DNA from: Acidobacteriota bacterium
GTDB lineage: Bacteria; Acidobacteriota; Thermoanaerobaculia; Gp7-AA8
DNA length: 64,000 nucleotides
Assembly: GCA_019244185.1 (NCBI GenBank)
Contig: JAFATB010000012.1
Span: 96,001 to 160,000 of the forward strand
Direction: 5' to 3'
The notes beneath the pieces are model-generated. The model made no database searches, was not told the DNA's origin, and worked only from the letters and a program-made list of their open reading frames with translations. Position 1 is the first letter of the stretch, and every line of letters begins with the position of its first letter. Position numbers and translations under genes: made by a program. Positions 41,717 to 49,140 of this stretch are shown one piece after another.

Positions 41717-42512
41717 GCAGTTCGCGCAACTCGCGGAAGACGTTCTCGGGCGGCAGTCCCATCTCGCGATAGCCGGCCGCGCGCTTGAGAACGTTCTCCG
41801 CGGTCTTCTCGTCGAAGATCCGCGAGTCGACAGTGCGGTTGTTCAGCGCGCAGAACGCGATCAGCGATGCGAGCGAGACGCGGCGGTTGCCGCCGCGGAA
41901 CGGCCGCGCCTGCAGCAGCGCGAAAACGAGCGCCGCCACTTTCTCGGGAAACGTCGGATACGCCTCGCGCCCGAGGGTCGTGACCTGCGGACGCTGGACG
42001 GCGCTGAGCAGGCCGAATTGCGACTCGACGACGCCGGGATGCGCGGCCGTGCCGCCGAACTCCGCGCTGACGGCGCGGTGGAGCTCCACCACGTCCTGCA
42101 CGGTGAGGTAACGAACGCCGCCGTCAGTCGGTGAGGCGGCGGAAAGCGTTGTTGTACTTCTTGACGGCGTGCTTGAACGCGGCGCCGATGACGGGGTTGG
42201 AGAAGGAGCCGTTGTTGTCTGCGGGGACACGGCCTTTGCCGCGGCTTTCGCCGGAGGCGCTGCCGGCTTTTGCGGAGCCGCCGGTTTTTTCGCCGGAGCT
42301 GCTGCCGCCTTTTTGGCCGGAGCCGGCTTGCTGTTTTTCGGTGCTGCTTTGGTGGCTGCCGGTTTTTGCGGCGGCTTTGCTGCTTTTGCCGTCGGTTTTG
42401 CCGGCGGCTTTGACGACGCTTTCGCCGGCGCCTTCGCCGTTTTTGCCGGTGCTGCTTTTTTTCCCTGAGGCTTGGCTGCTTTTGCCGTCTTTGGCTTTTG
42501 CTTTGTCGCCAT
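41676..42512 (-). CDS. Doc/Fic-family protein with a degenerate active site and a long K/A/P-rich histone-H1-like N-terminus
   Basis: YLT..DVVELH, LLSAVQRP, YPT..EKVAAL; RPFRGGNRR replaces the canonical HPFxDGNKR. Confidence 0.8.
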   Translation of the reverse strand: MATKQKPKTAKAAKPQGKKAAPAKTAKAPAKASSKPPAKPTAKAAKPPQKPAATKAAPKNSKPAPAKKAAAAPAKKPAAPQKPAAPPAKAAAKAVSPQTTTAPSPTPSSAPRSSTPSRSTTTLSAASPTDGGVRYLTVQDVVELHRAVSAEFGGTAAHPGVVESQFGLLSAVQRPQVTTLGREAYPTFPEKVAALVFALLQARPFRGGNRRVSLASLIAFCALNNRTVDSRIFDEKTAENVLKRAAGYREMGLPPENVFRELRELLTRSIVASAAAPS

Positions 42513-42519
42513 GCGTCAT
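42124..42519 (-). CDS. Overlapping alternate-frame ORF, putative Doc antitoxin
   Basis: ATG 5 nt after GAGGA; 131 aa. The C-terminal AFKHAVKKYNNAFRRLTD has host-like codon usage and ends just before the Doc domain. Confidence 0.7.
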   Translation of the reverse strand: MTHGDKAKAKDGKSSQASGKKSSTGKNGEGAGESVVKAAGKTDGKSSKAAAKTGSHQSSTEKQQAGSGQKGGSSSGEKTGGSAKAGSASGESRGKGRVPADNNGSFSNPVIGAAFKHAVKKYNNAFRRLTD

Positions 42520-42537
42520 CTCAGTCCTCGGGCGGAT

Positions 42538-42566
42538 AGGATAGCCCTGTTAAGTGACTGAGTCAA
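42538..42566 (-). promoter_or_regulatory. Sigma70-like promoter for the doc locus
   Basis: TTGACT-17 nt-TATCCT; the -35 overlaps the palindrome TGACTGAGTCA. Confidence 0.7.
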
Positions 42567-42648
42567 CGTGGGTTAGGGGAGCGTCGCGGCTAACTCTCTG
42601 AAGGTAAAGTAGTTTACCGTCTCGAAAAAATGCACCGAACCTTGTGCA

Positions 42649-42957
42649 TCAGACGCCGTCCACGCCGTCGTTGAGCGCGGCGGACACGGCGGCGTCGCTC
42701 GTTTCCTCGATCCCGGGCAGCGCCTCGATGGCCAGAAAGTCCTTCCCCTTGGCGGTGATGGCGAAGTTTTCCTTCGCCGCGTCCGCTTCGAGAAAGCCCT
42801 TCTCGACCAGCGTCACGGCCGGCGTTTCGCCGCCGCCGATGGGATGCTTGATCCCTTTGATCGTGGCGAGCGGCAGCGTCTGCGCGTTGAGGCGACGGTA
42901 CTCCTGCAACACGCGGATCTCGGCGGTGGTCAACCCGAGCGGAAGGATGATGGCCAT
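42649..42957 (-). CDS. Small hypothetical protein (winged-helix-like)
   Basis: LVEKGFL...FAITAKGKDFL pattern; downstream of nei on the same strand. Confidence 0.65.
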   Translation of the reverse strand: MAIILPLGLTTAEIRVLQEYRRLNAQTLPLATIKGIKHPIGGGETPAVTLVEKGFLEADAAKENFAITAKGKDFLAIEALPGIEETSDAAVSAALNDGVDGV

Positions 42958-42967
42958 GCGGGCGCGA

Positions 42968-43774
42968 TTATACGGTCTGGCACTTCGGACACCAGTACGT
43001 GCCGCGCGCGTTCGGCCCCTGCTTCGCGTAGCGGATCGGCGTGCCGCACTTGCGGCACGGCTTGCCGCCGCGGCCGAAGACGTATTGCGTCTGGCGCGGA
43101 TCGAGGCTGAAGGTCGTGATGCGTCCGGCGCTGCGTTTGGTGATGTTGGCGAGCATGAGCTTGCGCATGGTGCGGAGAAGCAGCGCGAGCTGTTCGTCGG
43201 TCACGTCGCGCGTTTTCGCGAACGGATTCACGCGGCTCATGAAGAGCACTTCGTTCTTGAACTCGTTGCCGATGCCGGCCACGACGCGCTGGTTGAGCAG
43301 CACGTCCGCGATCTCTTCGTCGGGACGCGCGCGGATGCGGCGTAGCGCCTCGTCGAAGTCGAACGTCGCCGCGGCGAAGTCGGGGCCGATGCGCGCGAGG
43401 TCTTCCTGCCGCGCGAGCGACGCGTCGTCGTGGAACTCCGCGATCGGCACGTTGAACGCGACGGCGATCCAAGGATCCGTCTCGATGACGAGGCGCATGT
43501 CGCTGCGGCGCCGCCGCCACTTCTCGCCGCTTCGATAGAGATGCCACGAGCCGTGCATGCGCATGTGCGTGCGCAGATGCAGTCCGCCGGAGAAGTCGAT
43601 GATGAGGTTCTTTCCTTCGGCGACGACGCGCTCGACGACGCGGCCGGCGAGCGGCGCGTCTTCGTCGACGCGCGCGAGCTGCGGCAGCACGCTCTCGAAG
43701 CGCGTGATCGTCTTGCCCGCGAGCGCGGCGTGCAGCGTGCGCGCCGCGCGGTGGATCGTGTCACCTTCCGGCAT
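42968..43774 (-). CDS. nei: Fpg/Nei family DNA glycosylase (Nei2-like)
   Basis: MPEGD N-terminus, GKNL, LLNQRVVAGIGN and a C4 zinc finger. Confidence 0.93.
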   Translation of the reverse strand: MPEGDTIHRAARTLHAALAGKTITRFESVLPQLARVDEDAPLAGRVVERVVAEGKNLIIDFSGGLHLRTHMRMHGSWHLYRSGEKWRRRRSDMRLVIETDPWIAVAFNVPIAEFHDDASLARQEDLARIGPDFAAATFDFDEALRRIRARPDEEIADVLLNQRVVAGIGNEFKNEVLFMSRVNPFAKTRDVTDEQLALLLRTMRKLMLANITKRSAGRITTFSLDPRQTQYVFGRGGKPCRKCGTPIRYAKQGPNARGTYWCPKCQTV

Positions 43775-46700
43775 TGCGCAGTTGATATCCCATCGCCGTC
43801 GCGACGAAGCCTTCTTCGACGAGGAACGGCGCGAGCGGCGAGCGCGCGGCCGGCTCGTCGTTGATCTCGCCGAGGAGCAGCGCGCGGCGCGAGCCGTCGC
43901 GCACGAGCGAGGCGAGCGTCTGCGCGACCGCGCGCGCGACGTTGCCGCGCGACGGCTCGTCCTCGGGCAGGAAGAGGAAGAGCTGCTTCTCGCCGCGCGA
44001 GAGGTAGCCGGCCATCAGTCCGTTGACGAGGATGACGTGCGCGCCGACGCTGCGCGACAGCGTCCGTGCCGAAGCAACGGCGGATTCGGGCCACGGCACG
44101 ATCGCGCCGTACGGATTCGCGGGATCGGTCGCGGCGAGGAACACGCGCTCGATCTCTTCCGGCTCGTCGCGCATGCCGCGCAACAGATCGATCGCGCCGC
44201 CGCTGGCGAACTGCGTCGCGCCGAGTCCGGCCACGAAGTAGCCGCGGCGAATGCGTCCCGCGTCTTCCATCGCTTTGAGGATCGGATAGACGGCCGAGAA
44301 GCCGCCGAAGATGTTCTCGAGCGCGGGCGCCTCGCGCGTGACGACGCCGTAGCGCGCCAGCAACTGGTGTGCGAGCGCGTTTGCGCGCTGCGTGTCGTTG
44401 CCGGCGGCGGACGGCACGAGCGACCAGCGTCCCTGCGTCGACGCCGGCGCGACGCGGCGCGAGCGGAACGCTCCGGCGCGCGCCGGTGCGCTGCGCGTCT
44501 TCGACGTGCGCGTGAACGCGCGCAGCGCGTGGAACGTGTCGTTCGTGACGGCGCCCTTCCAGACGAGATCCCACAGCGTGTCGATGAGCTCCGCGGGGAA
44601 GCCGCCGACTTCGGCCTGCATCTGCGCGAAGAACGACGCGCCGCGCGCGCGCAGGTAATCGACGAGCGGCGACTCGACCGGCTCGCGCGCGGGGACGAGC
44701 AGCGGCAGATGATCGGTGAGGTAGAGCGCGATGCGGCCGTCGCGTTCGCCGAGCGGCTCGACGCCGACCCACACGATTTCGCCCGCGGCGCTGAGCGTGT
44801 CGAGATCGGACGGTTTGTAGTCGTCGACGCGCGACGCGAGGATCTCGCTCTCGAAGATCGACGCGGCCATCGGGAAGCCCTGCAGCGTTTCGACGACTTC
44901 GAGCAGCGCGTCGAGCCCGCGGCGTTTGCGCGTCACGCCCTGCCAGTTCGTGAAGAGGCGCGCGAGCACGGACGGGTCGACCGGTTCCGCTTCCTTGCGC
45001 AACTTCGCCAGCGATCGCCGCCGGATCGTGCGCAGCACGTCGGCCTCGCACCACTCGCGCTGCGTGCCGCCGGGACGGAACTCCCCTTCGATCAGGCGTC
45101 CGCGCTCGACGAAGCGTTCGAGCGCGTGCGTGACGACGGCGATGCCGAGGGCGTAGCGCTGCGCGACGTCGTGCGGCGTGAACGGACCGTGCGTGCGCGC
45201 GTAGCGCAGCACGAGATCGCCGACCGGATCGGCGACCGGCTGCAGGTACCGCTCCGCGACGCCGTGCGGAATCGGCGTGCCGAGCGCGTCGCGAAAACGC
45301 GACGCGTCTTCGACGGCGATGATGCGCTTCGTGCGCGCGATCGTGACTTCGAGCACGCGGCGCTGCTTGAGCAGTTCGCGAATCGCGGCATCGGTCTCGA
45401 TGATCGCGCGCGCCGCGAGTTCGTCGGGCGAGAGATCGCCGAGGCGCAGCAGCAGATCGTGCACGCCGTCGACGCTCTTCGCTTTGCGGTTCTCGTCGAG
45501 ATGCTGCAGTTCGAGCTCCGTCTGCGCGAGCGCGTCGGGATCGAGCAGCTCGCGCAGCTCCGGCTCGCCGAGGAGCTCGCGCAGTTGCGACTGATCGATC
45601 GCGAGCGCCTGCGCGCGGCGTTCGGCGAGCGGCGCGTCGCCGTCGTAGAGAAAATTCGCGACGTAGCGGAAGAGCACGGACGCCGCGAACGGCGACGGCT
45701 TCTGCGTGTCGGCGGTGACGACGCGAATGGTCCGCGCACGGATGCGCCGCGTGAGCTCGACGAGCGCGGGAACGTCGAAGGCATCGCGCAGCGTCTCGCG
45801 GTACGCCTCGAGGATGATCGGGAACGAGCCGAAGCGTGACGCGACCTGCAGGAGGTCGTAGGCGCGCTTGCGCTGCTGCCAGAGCGGCGTTCGTCCCTGA
45901 ATGCGCGTGCGCGGCAGGAGCAGCGCGCGCGCCGCGGCCTCGCGGAACTTCGCGGCGAACATCGAGCTCGCGCCGAGCTGGCGCAGCAGGAGCTGTTCGA
46001 CCTCGTCGGGATCGGGGAGTACGAGCTCCGCGGCGGGCGGCGCGTCGGTCTCGGGGAAGCGCACGATGAAGCCGTCGTCGCTCCACATGGTCTCGACGTC
46101 GATGGCCAGCTCGTTGCGCACTTTCGCGGTGACGGCCATCGCCCACGGCGCGTGAATCTTGCCGCCGAACGGCGAGAGCACGCAGACGCGCCAGTCGCCC
46201 AGCTCGTCGGTCACGCGCTCGATGACGATCGTGCGATCGTCGGGCACCGCGCCGGTCGCTTCCTGCTGATCGTCGAGGTACTGCAGGAAGTTCTCGGCGG
46301 CCATGCGGTCGAGATCGTGGCGCGTGACGAGACGCTCGATCGCGGCGGGCTTCTTCGTCGCGCGGATCTCGCGCACGAGGCGGCCGATCGCTTCGCCGAA
46401 AGGCACGGTGCGTTCGGCGGCATCGGCTTTCCAGAACGGCATCTTCCCCGGCTCGCCGGGCGCGGGCGTGACGACGACGCGATCGTGCGTGATCTCCTCG
46501 ATGCGCCACGTCGACGCGCCGAGCATGAACGTGTCGCCCGGCGACGACTCGAAGACCATCTCTTCATCGAGCTCGCCGACGCGCGCGGATTGGTTCTTCT
46601 CCGCGCCGGCGAGGAAGACGCCGTACAAACCGCGATCGGGAATCGTGCCGCCGCTCGTGATGGCGACGCGCTTCGCGCCTTCGCGCGCGGTGATCGTGTT

Positions 46701-48266
46701 CGTGACGCGATCCCACGTCACGCGCGGGCGCAGCTCCGCGAATTCGTCGGACGGATAGAGGCCGGAGAGCATGTCCAGCACGCCGTCGAACGCGGTGCGC
46801 GACAGCTCCGCGTACGGCGCGCACGAGCGGATGGTGCGATAGAGATCGTCGACGTTCCAGGCGTCGACGGCGATCATGGCCACAAGCTGCTGCGCGAGGA
46901 CGTCGAGCGGGTTGCGCGGATAGCGCGTCGGTTCGATCGCCCCCTCGTGCATCGCCTCGGCGACCGCCGCGCAGGCGATGAGATCGCCGCGGAACTTCGG
47001 GAAGATGATGCCGCTCGACTCCGCGCCGACCTGATGGCTCGCGCGTCCGATGCGCTGCATGCCCGACGCGATCGATGGCGGCGCTTCGATCTGAATCACG
47101 AGATCGATCGAGCCCATGTCGATCCCGAGCTCCAGAGAGGACGTGGCGACGAGCGCGGGCAGCCGTCCCGACTTCAGGTTGTCTTCGATCTCGGTGCGTT
47201 GCGCGCGCGCGATCGAGCCGTGGTGCGCCTGCACGAGCGTTTCGCCGGCGAGCTCGTTGAGCGCCGTGGCCAGACGTTCGGCGAGCCGCCGCGAGTTGAC
47301 GAAGATCAGCGTCGAGGTGTGCGCGCGAATGAGCTCGAGGAGGCGCGGATGCATGGCCGGCCAGATCGACGGCGAGCGCGGTCCGAGCGACGCGGGGCCG
47401 CTCGCGATCTCCTGCGTGGCGGCGAGCTTGGCCATGTCTTCGACCGGCACTTCGACGCGCAGCGTGAGCTTCTTCTTCTCACCGGTGTCGACGATCGTGA
47501 CGGGACGGAACGTCGCGTGCGTGCGGTCGGCGAATTCGTCGTGGAGTTGTTCGCTCGCGTTCTCTTCCGCGCGCGGCGTCTGCGCTTCGGGCGTGGCGCC
47601 GCCGAGAAAGCGGGCCACTTCGTCGAGCGGCCGTTGCGTCGCGGAGAGGCCGATGCGTTGCGGCGGATGCAGCGTGCGCAGCGCGAGGCGTTCGAGCGAG
47701 AGAGCCATGTGCGCGCCGCGCTTGGTCGGCACGAGCGCGTGGATTTCGTCGATGATGATCGTCTCGACGCCGCGCAGTTGTTCGCGCGCGTTCGACGTCA
47801 GCATGAGATACAGCGACTCCGGCGTGGTGATGAGGATGTCGGCCGGATCGCGCGCGAAGCGTGCGCGCTCGGACTGCGGCGTGTCGCCGGTGCGGATGGC
47901 GATCTCCGGAACCAGGTAATCGTCGCCTCGCGCCTGCGCGACGTTCGCGATGCCGGCCAATGGCGCGCGCAGGTTCCGCTCGACGTCGACGGCGAGCGCC
48001 TTGAGCGGCGAAACGTACAGAACGCGGCAGCGCTGTTCCTTCGGCGGACGCGGCGCGAACATGAGGCGGTCGAGCGCCCAGAGGAACGCCGTCAGCGTTT
48101 TCCCGCTGCCGGTCGGCGCGAAGATGAGCGTCCAGTCGCCGCGCGCGATGGCGGGCCATCCGAGCTGCTGCGCGCGCGTCGGTGCGGCGAACGACGACGC
48201 GAACCATTCACGCACGGCGGCGTGAAATGGCGCGAGCGTGGCATCAACCTTCAATGGGCGAGGCAT
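43761..48266 (-). CDS. lhr: Long-form Lhr SF2 helicase
   Basis: APTGSGKT, DEIH, SAT, SSLELGID and QRIGR motifs; C-terminal ATDPANPYG domain; 1501 aa. Confidence 0.95.
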   Translation of the reverse strand: MPRPLKVDATLAPFHAAVREWFASSFAAPTRAQQLGWPAIARGDWTLIFAPTGSGKTLTAFLWALDRLMFAPRPPKEQRCRVLYVSPLKALAVDVERNLRAPLAGIANVAQARGDDYLVPEIAIRTGDTPQSERARFARDPADILITTPESLYLMLTSNAREQLRGVETIIIDEIHALVPTKRGAHMALSLERLALRTLHPPQRIGLSATQRPLDEVARFLGGATPEAQTPRAEENASEQLHDEFADRTHATFRPVTIVDTGEKKKLTLRVEVPVEDMAKLAATQEIASGPASLGPRSPSIWPAMHPRLLELIRAHTSTLIFVNSRRLAERLATALNELAGETLVQAHHGSIARAQRTEIEDNLKSGRLPALVATSSLELGIDMGSIDLVIQIEAPPSIASGMQRIGRASHQVGAESSGIIFPKFRGDLIACAAVAEAMHEGAIEPTRYPRNPLDVLAQQLVAMIAVDAWNVDDLYRTIRSCAPYAELSRTAFDGVLDMLSGLYPSDEFAELRPRVTWDRVTNTITAREGAKRVAITSGGTIPDRGLYGVFLAGAEKNQSARVGELDEEMVFESSPGDTFMLGASTWRIEEITHDRVVVTPAPGEPGKMPFWKADAAERTVPFGEAIGRLVREIRATKKPAAIERLVTRHDLDRMAAENFLQYLDDQQEATGAVPDDRTIVIERVTDELGDWRVCVLSPFGGKIHAPWAMAVTAKVRNELAIDVETMWSDDGFIVRFPETDAPPAAELVLPDPDEVEQLLLRQLGASSMFAAKFREAAARALLLPRTRIQGRTPLWQQRKRAYDLLQVASRFGSFPIILEAYRETLRDAFDVPALVELTRRIRARTIRVVTADTQKPSPFAASVLFRYVANFLYDGDAPLAERRAQALAIDQSQLRELLGEPELRELLDPDALAQTELELQHLDENRKAKSVDGVHDLLLRLGDLSPDELAARAIIETDAAIRELLKQRRVLEVTIARTKRIIAVEDASRFRDALGTPIPHGVAERYLQPVADPVGDLVLRYARTHGPFTPHDVAQRYALGIAVVTHALERFVERGRLIEGEFRPGGTQREWCEADVLRTIRRRSLAKLRKEAEPVDPSVLARLFTNWQGVTRKRRGLDALLEVVETLQGFPMAASIFESEILASRVDDYKPSDLDTLSAAGEIVWVGVEPLGERDGRIALYLTDHLPLLVPAREPVESPLVDYLRARGASFFAQMQAEVGGFPAELIDTLWDLVWKGAVTNDTFHALRAFTRTSKTRSAPARAGAFRSRRVAPASTQGRWSLVPSAAGNDTQRANALAHQLLARYGVVTREAPALENIFGGFSAVYPILKAMEDAGRIRRGYFVAGLGATQFASGGAIDLLRGMRDEPEEIERVFLAATDPANPYGAIVPWPESAVASARTLSRSVGAHVILVNGLMAGYLSRGEKQLFLFLPEDEPSRGNVARAVAQTLASLVRDGSRRALLLGEINDEPAARSPLAPFLVEEGFVATAMGYQLRNAGR

Positions 48267-48361
48267 CTGTGAGCGGCGTCACTCCGCTGGACTTCCCGGG
48301 AGCGCGCTGCAAGAATAGTGGCCAGTCCCCTCGCGCGAAAGCTGACTGTGAAGGATGGGAG

Positions 48362-49126
48362 ATGCGGCTGAAGGTGCTCGGCGCGTATGGAGCGTCGGAT
48401 GCAGAACATAACCTGACCGGGTACCTGATCGACGACTGGTTCGCGGTGGATGCCGGCACTCTCACCTCGAAGCTCTCGTTCGCGCAGCAGGGCCGCATTC
48501 AGGGCGTGTTCATCACGCATCCGCACGCCGATCACATCCGCGACCTCCCCCATCTGATCCACAATCGGTTCAGCCAGAACGTTGGCTCGCTGACGATCTT
48601 CGCCGCGCGCGACGTGCTCGACCTCCTCGTGCGCGACGTCTTCAACGGCATCGTCTGGCCCGACTTCTCGGAGATCGTCTCGCCGCTCAGCGGCAAGCCG
48701 GCCGTGCATTACCGCGCGCTGACGCCGGGTAAGCGCATCACCTTCAACGACGTCGCGCTGACCGCCGTGCCGGTCGATCATCAGATCCCGGCGTCGGGCG
48801 TCATCCTCGAGCTGAACGGCCAGTCGATCGTCTTCACCGGCGACACGGGGCCGACGCAGGAGATCTGGAAGCGGACGAACAAGACGCCGAACGTCGTCGC
48901 CGTCGTGACCGAGGCGTCGTTCCCGAACGATCAGCAGGCGCTCGCCGACGAGACCGCGCATCTCTCGCCGCAGACGTTCGGCGAGGAGCTGAAGAAGATC
49001 ACCGTCGACGCGCCGGTGTACGCGAGCCATCGCAAGATTCCGTACGAGCGCGACATCGAGTCGCAGATCCGGAACCTGCGCGACCGCCGCGCGCGCGTGC
49101 TGCTCGAGAAGAATTACACGCTGTAG
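48362..49126 (+). CDS. MBL-fold class II cyclic-nucleotide phosphodiesterase-like protein
   Basis: DAGT, THPHADH, FNGIVWPDF, TGDT and EASFPN motifs. Confidence 0.82.
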   Translation: MRLKVLGAYGASDAEHNLTGYLIDDWFAVDAGTLTSKLSFAQQGRIQGVFITHPHADHIRDLPHLIHNRFSQNVGSLTIFAARDVLDLLVRDVFNGIVWPDFSEIVSPLSGKPAVHYRALTPGKRITFNDVALTAVPVDHQIPASGVILELNGQSIVFTGDTGPTQEIWKRTNKTPNVVAVVTEASFPNDQQALADETAHLSPQTFGEELKKITVDAPVYASHRKIPYERDIESQIRNLRDRRARVLLEKNYTL

Positions 49127-49140
49127 GCGTGCCGAAGCGC

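Noticed and set aside
42131-42544. Plus-strand hydrophobic ORFs antisense to the doc locus
   Set aside because: F/A/G/L-rich mirror of the Lys/Ala codons, with no SD or promoter support.
43761-49126. Lhr plus MBL hydrolase as an anti-phage defence system
   Set aside because: The genes are divergent, the Lhr is the Nei-linked repair type, and the MBL resembles a class II phosphodiesterase.
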